Positions 34,518 through 40,613 of a stretch of 40,613 bases of DNA are shown piece by piece. The translations under genes and the position numbers were made by a program. Position 1 is the stretch's first letter. Every line of letters begins with the position of its first letter. Under the pieces are notes generated by a model. The model saw nothing but the letters and a program-made list of their open reading frames with translations. It ran no database searches and had not been told where the DNA came from. The DNA comes from Octopus bimaculoides (Eukaryota), in NCBI RefSeq assembly GCF_001194135.2, contig NC_068984.1:16275352-16315964 (forward strand). Reading direction: 5' to 3'.

Positions 34518-35136
34518 GAGAGAGAGGGGAAGAGGAGGAGAGAGTTGTGTATATGTATGTGATGAGACTGTGAATGTTTGAGTGAGAGAGATAGAAGTGT
34601 GCACGCGTGAGTGTGTGTGTTCGTGTGTGCGTGCGCGTGAGAGAGAGAGAGAGAGAGAGAGGAAGAAGCAGAGTTGTCTGTATGTGTGAGAGAAGTGTGC
34701 GTGTACGTGAGTGTGTGTGTATAAGTATGTGAGTGAGTGAGTGAGTGAGGAGTGAGTGTATGCTTCGGGGGATAGGGAGAGAGAGAGAGAGAGAGAGGGA
34801 GAATGAGAGAAAGAGAGAAAGAAAGAAAGAAAGAAAGAAGGAAGGAAAGAAAGAAAGAAGGAAAGAAAGAGATTGGGAAAGGTTTAGATAGTCGGAACAT
34901 GAGAGAGCTACAGACATGCAGAGAGAGGAATATAGGAGAAAAGATATCAGGAAAAATAGAGCAAAATAATAGGAGAGAAACGTAGGTAATATCAACGGGA
35001 AGGCTGAAGGAAAAGAGTGTTATATAGAATGAAGGAAAGAACGAAAGAAGTTAAGAAATATACTGAAAGGCAGAAAAGAAATTGTGAGGTATTGGAAAAG
35101 ACAAAGAGAGGAGGAGAGAAGGAAAAAAGGGAGAGA

Positions 35137-35209
<73 letters not shown>

Positions 35210-35330
35210 GGAGGTATAAAAAGAAATAAATTACGTAAGGATTGGGAAGAAATAGCCGCCTTGAGATGGAAAGAAATGGAGAGAAGTCAAAGTAAGTAAG
35301 AAAGACAGAGAAGCATATTGAGAGAGAAAT
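34460..35330. repeat. Compound (TG)/(GA)/(GAGT)/(GAAA)n tract with a long purine-biased strand
   Basis: Direct reading. Confidence 0.95.
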
Positions 35331-36187
35331 TGAAATGTGTAGAAAATGAGTTTGAAAGACAGATTTTATAGATTGGAAAACAAAGGCAGAACGTGGCAGG
35401 ATTTGTGCATCTGTGTGCATGAATGCATGTGTGTATGCTCGTGTTTTGTGTATTCTGACGTAAAACAGGGGAGATAAAATGGCTTCAAAGCCAGTCTTTA
35501 CAGACCAAACTTCCTGATTAATAAACCAAACGAAGTGAAGTAAAAGGGAATAGAAACAGCAACAAATTGCTCAGAGCGCTATAAGTTATCAATCGACTAC
35601 GAGAGACGACAAATGAGGAACCATATTTCTACGACGAAAGAATATTTGATCCCAGCTAAAGCATGTACTTCATTAGTACTTTCATTCATTATCACATGAT
35701 ACTATAACCAGATTTTACGCAATTAAGCTACAATATTTTGCGCAGCCATTCCAAAAACTGCAACGATATTTCAAGGCTGTTATTCTTATGTTCAAGCTCC
35801 AAAATTACTCACTGTCCCACATATGATCAAAGACGATCCAAACGTGACTATTCCCACACATAAATGTATCTAAGACTACATAGTTTCTCAAACAAGTTAA
35901 GTTTGATTTGAGGAAGATTTGACTGCTATTTCTAATAAGTAGGGTGATCATGTAGAAGCGCCGTCAATGACCCATTGCTCTTTAAGTAGACAACAAACTC
36001 GGTGAGAATCTACGGTGTTGGAGCCATACACAGAATAGATTAGTCCAATGTTTAAAAGTAATAAACGCTGGGATTTAACTGATTTAGCTTCTACACAGGC
36101 AGTCGATCTGCAAGAAGCAGCAGCTACATCTTGCTCAAACCACACTCTGCTGTCATAACTACGAAGATTACATAGGATAATATACAC

Positions 36188-36237
<50 letters not shown>

Positions 36238-36239
36238 TC

Positions 36240-36393
36240 TCTGTTTATTTTCTCGTGTTTCTTTCTGTTGAAGAACGTAGGCTCGAAACGTAAAAGACTT
36301 TCTCACCTTCCCGAGCGTTAAACTAATACACCTGTTTGTTGTTTATACATCTGTCTTCATCTTTTGTTTTTCTGTAAATTCCAACTATATATA
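36240..36393 (+). mobile_element. Solo Penelope-type terminal repeat containing a type I hammerhead (36260-36297), bounded by (TA)n
   Basis: TCTTT-CTGTTGA-A-GAAC-gtag-GCTC-GAAAC-GTA-AAAGA: 5-bp stem I, stem II with one mismatch, GUA cleavage triplet, A6->U core substitution. Confidence 0.65.
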
Positions 36394-36395
36394 TA

Positions 36396-37533
36396 TTAGG
36401 TTGTTTCACAGGAAATGTCGCATTTTTAGTTACTTGTTATTTCAGTCATTTAAAAACTCAAGTAAGTATACCTTGCATTTAATCTTGACCCTTTTTCTTT
36501 CCCAACAGTATTGGTATACAAAATTCGTACCCACAGACCTTATGGTAATGGTTTTGTTGACATCAGAACCGTTCAGAGATGGTTCCAAAGCTCTCGTTCA
36601 AGAGATGACAGCCTTGAAAATAAACCAAGGGGAACGCTAAATTCAGTTATTCGACGTGATGGATTAAATGCTTTGGTTGAAAAAAATCTGAGAACAAAGG
36701 TTCGAAAACTTTATCAGAACTCCAAACATCACGCACAACTGCTTTTGGACACCTGTAAAAAATTGGAAAAGTGAAGAAAACGGATAGGTTTGTTCCACCT
36801 CAACTGAACGCGATTAAAAAATAAAAAAAAAGACGCCTCGAAGTGTACCCTTTATTGCTTTCTCAACTGGAAAAAAGACTATTTTTGCATCAAATCATTA
36901 TTTGTGATGAGTAATGGATACTCTTTGACAACAGCAGGAGAACAGGACAGTGATTAGATGCAGGAGAGTCACCTAAACACTACCCAAACCCACCATTGCA
37001 CCCTAAAAAGTTAGTGGTCACTGTATGGTGGTCTGCGAAGGGAGTTATTCATTATTCATTTTTGCAACAAGGAATAACGGTAACAGCAACACCATATTGC
37101 CAGGAAATTGACTGCATGCATGAAAATTTGAAAAAGAAGTAATCCAGACTTGTGAATAGAGATGACCCAATTTTGCTCCACGACAATGCACGTCCTCACA
37201 CTCCTCAAGCTACGGTCCAAAAGTTGCAAACATCCTCCTTATTCCCCTGATATCTCTCCTACTGATCATCACTTATTTAAGCATTCTGAGCTTTTCATAA
37301 GCAATAAAACATTCTTAAATACAGAGGAGGTAAACTGAAGCATTCGGCGGTCAGTTTATCACAGCTAAAGATGATTTTTTTTTCTAAGACGGAATATATG
37401 ACGTAGAGAAACTCTGGGTAAATGTCATAAATGGACATGGATCATACTTTGATTAAATAAATCGGTTCTCTAACACTTCTGAAACATTTTATTCTTACCT
37501 TTCAAATACGACATTTCATGTGAAACAACTTAA
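36396..37533 (+). mobile_element. Mariner (DD34D-type) transposon with both TIRs and a disrupted transposase
   Basis: TA|TTAGGTTGTTTCACAGGAAATGTCG ... CGACATTTCATGTGAAACAACTTAA|TA (25-bp TIR, 2 mismatches). Peptides RTVQRWF, FVPPQL (WVPHEL), ICDE*WI, HDNARPH and YSPDISPTDHHLF; stops and deletions. Confidence 0.95.
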
Positions 37534-37629
37534 TATATATATATATTGAGATGCCTGTGTTCATAGATCTGTCCTGGAATTAAACACTAATAACATCAAC
37601 TTCATCTGCTTCAGATTCAGTGTTAATCT

Positions 37630-37860
37630 TTTATCTTCTCATCTTTTACATGTTTCAGTCGTCAGACTGTGGCCATGCTGGGGCAAAGTGTCGAAGAGTT
37701 TTCAGTCCCAACCCCAGTACTTATTTCAATTTGTTTCTAAGTCTGGTACTTATTCTATCGGTCTGTTTTGCAGAACCCTAAGTTATGGGGACGCAAACGC
37801 ATTAACTTCGTTTGTGAAGCCGTGGTGGGGACAAACACAGACACAAGGGCACGCGTGCAC

Positions 37861-37899
<39 letters not shown>
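37630..37899 (-). mobile_element. 3' part of a CORE-like (OR-type) SINE running into (CA)n and an N gap
   Basis: gtttcagtcgtcagactgtggccatgctggggc...tggtacttattctatcggtctgttttgcagaaccctaagttatggggacg, homologous to 4660-4860. Confidence 0.75.
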
Positions 37900-38549
37900 N
37901 NNNNNNNNNNNNNNNNNNNNNNNNNNNNNNNNNNNNNNNNNNNNNNNNNNNNNNNNNNNNNNNNNNNNNNNNNNNNNNNNNNNNNNNNNNNNNNNNNNNN
38001 NNNNNNNNNNNNNNNNNNNNNNNNNNNNNNNNNNNNNNNNNNNNNNNNNNNNNNNNNNNNNNNNNNNNNNNNNNNNNNNNNNNNNNNNNNNNNNNNNNNN
38101 NNNNNNNNNNNNNNNNNNNNNNNNNNNNNNNNNNNNNNNNNNNNNNNNNNNNNNNNNNNNNNNNNNNNNNNNNNNNNNNNNNNNNNNNNNNNNNNNNNNN
38201 NNNNNNNNNNNNNNNNNNNNNNNNNNNNNNNNNNNNNNNNNNNNNNNNNNNNNNNNNNNNNNNNNNNNNNNNNNNNNNNNNNNNNNNNNNNNNNNNNNNN
38301 NNNNNNNNNNNNNNNNNNNNNNNNNNNNNNNNNNNNNNNNNNNNNNNNNNNNNNNNNNNNNNNNNNNNNNNNNNNNNNNNNNNNNNNNNNNNNNNNNNNN
38401 NNNNNNNNNNNNNNNNNNNNNNNNNNNNNNNNNNNNNNNNNNNNNNNNNNNNNNNTATTATAGGCACAAATCCTGAAATATTAAAGAGAGAGGATCAGTC
38501 GATTACTTCAATCACCGCTCAATTTGTGTACTGACATCGCTCCTTTACT

Positions 38550-39090
38550 CATGTAAGACATGGATCCTTTACAAACGTCATGTAAGGGTCCTTGAACGCT
38601 TTCATCAGAGATGTCTCAGACATATTCTTAAAAACTCCAGATACACAGGTCCTGAGGACAGCTGATATCTTGAGTATTGAGGTGATGGTGCACAAGCAAC
38701 GGTTACGTCGAACTAGACACCTTATAAGAATGCGAATAAAGGACAGTGTCAAGTCCTCATTAAAGGCCTGTGATATGCAGGAAACTGACTGGGAGAGCAA
38801 TGCCTGTCGTCCTCACAGATGGAAGAAGCAGGTTAAGGAGGGAATCGACACTTTTGAGAGAGCACGTATTCTGCATGAAGAACTTAAGCGTGCTGCTCGA
38901 ATCGCACTGCTGGTGTAGTGAATGGGGAAAGCTTGGTTTGGAATGTTTGCAGTCGTGTATGCTTGTTAAGAGCAGGGCTCATTAGCCACCAACAGAACCC
39001 AAATATAAAATATAAGTTAGTCTTATTGCGTACAATGTTCCTGAAGGTCAGGAATGGTCTTCCTCGATCACGAGTGGACGGCCATCATAT
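38550..39090 (+). mobile_element. RTE-clade LINE 3' end with C-terminal zinc-knuckle remnant and 3' UTR
   Basis: CKTWILYKRHVRVLERFHQRCLRHIL, LRRTRHLIRM, KDSVKSSLKACDM...WKKQVKEGIDTFE and VCSRVCLLRAGLISHQ; internal deletions. Confidence 0.9.
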
Positions 39091-39119
39091 ATATATGTAT
39101 AAATACATACATACATATA

Positions 39120-39160
<41 letters not shown>

Positions 39161-39860
39161 TAGATAGATAGATAGATAGATAGATATACACATATGTATA
39201 TATATCTATACACACACANNNNNNNNNNNNNNNNNNNNNNNNNNNNNNNNNNNNNNNNNNNNNNNNNNNNNNNNNNNNNNNNNNNNNNNNNNNNNNNNNN
39301 NNNNNNNNNNNNNNNNNNNNNNNNNNNNNNNNNNNNNNNNNNNNNNNNNNNNNNNNNNNNNNNNNNNNNNNNNNNNNNNNNNNNNNNNNNNNNNNNNNNN
39401 NNNNNNNNNNNNNNNNNNNNNNNNNNNNNNNNNNNNNNNNNNNNNNNNNNNNNNNNNNNNNNNNNNNNNNNNNNNNNNNNNNNNNNNNNNNNNNNNNNNN
39501 NNNNNNNNNNNNNNNNNNNNNNNNNNNNNNNNNNNNNNNNNNNNNNNNNNNNNNNNNNNNNNNNNNNNNNNNNNNNNNNNNNNNNNNNNNNNNNNNNNTA
39601 TATATATATATATATATATATATTGCTCCAGCATAGCCGCAATCAAAAGACTGAGAAAAGTAAAAGAATAAGAATAAAAGTATATATCTATATACACTGA
39701 CACATATATTCATGTATGCAACATATCTATATAACATTATATGTGTGTGTGTGTGTGTTTATCTATCTATCTATCTATCTATCTATTTATCCATATATCT
39801 ATCTTTCTTTCTTTCTTTCTGTATGTATGTATGTATGTATGTATGTATGTATGTATGTAT
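39090..39860. repeat. (TA)/(TAGA)/(TG)/(TATC)/(TTTC)/(TATG) microsatellites around an N gap
   Basis: Direct reading. Confidence 0.93.
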
Positions 39861-40499
39861 CAGTGCGTTTATATCGATATGTTTGCAGCATGACTTACAC
39901 ACAACAGTTATTTCCTTCATATTCATAGTTATGTTTACTCTCCTCAGTCAAACCTTCGGTTGTTTGTTTTATATTAATCTGTCAAGAGGAATATTCACAT
40001 AAATCAGCCAAGTAAAAATCGACTGTAACAGGCAAAATAGTTAAAACAAAGGCAGATACTATTCAAAAGTGGAAGATATTGTAGCGCCATTATCATAATA
40101 TTATATTATTAAAACACCAGACAATTCAGAGTTGTCAGTTCAAATTATTTCTTTATTGGAAAACCCGAGGGGAGCATTCTTATACAATGTTCTCTTTACG
40201 CTTTAAAGGATGGCCTCCGTTTCATCATACATACTTTGTTCCTGAAATCGAAAGTGTATATAAAAAGAAAAAAAAAATGATTGAATAATAGAAATAGGCT
40301 GATTGTTTAACTTTATTCAGCGACATTGACGGACATTTGTTCAAAATATTAGTGTTAAATTCGTTGAGATTTAACAAGGATACAAGGGAAGACAGGGAGA
40401 GTGAAAAAGTACGAGAGAAAACGAGAGAGAGGGGGAATAAAATTGCATATATATATATATGTATACGATGCGTATGTGCTAGTCTGTGTAAGACAGTGC

Positions 40500-40557
40500 G
40501 TGTCTATCTATCTATCTATCTATATCTATATCTATATCTATATCTATATCTATATCC

Positions 40558-40599
<42 letters not shown>

Positions 40600-40613
40600 A
40601 TATATATATATAT
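40500..40613. repeat. (TATC)/(TATATC)/(TA)n microsatellite
   Basis: Direct reading. Confidence 0.96.

Larger units (their letters stand above)
801..39598. other. Assembly gaps at 801-831, 10144-10616, 14521-14746, 25547-25584, 33294-33802, 37900-38455 and 39219-39598
   Basis: N runs, each abutting a microsatellite. Confidence 0.99.

Noticed and set aside
122-40002. Long ORFs such as 122-430, 3329-3727, 9880-10815, 14290-15075, 33243-33874, 34388-34995, 37688-38476 and 39085-39737
   Set aside because: They are translations of microsatellites or N gaps (YVCM, YI, HT, LS, ER, X runs), not genes.

Overview
AT-rich eukaryotic non-coding DNA from a draft assembly, with seven N gaps that each abut a microsatellite. 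The repeat landscape resembles that of a coleoid cephalopod, most likely Octopus; this is recognition from memory, not a database result. No intact protein-coding gene, tRNA or rRNA gene is supportable, and nearly all long ORFs in the track are microsatellite or N-gap artefacts. The window is a mosaic of microsatellites, several tRNA-derived SINE families (Meta-domain-like and CORE-like) and decayed autonomous elements: two Penelope-like GIY-YIG remnants, two RTE LINE remnants, two R4/Dong remnants, a HERO/NeSL-like remnant, a hAT (Buster/Charlie-like) remnant and a mariner with both TIRs. The most notable structure is at ~15780-16150. There, two tRNA-like Pol III heads sit head-to-head in a 72-bp palindrome, flanked by (TAA)n and followed by a tail holding a decayed Penelope-type hammerhead ribozyme. 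Four further hammerhead vestiges, two local templated insertions and modular SINE head/tail swapping are also visible.
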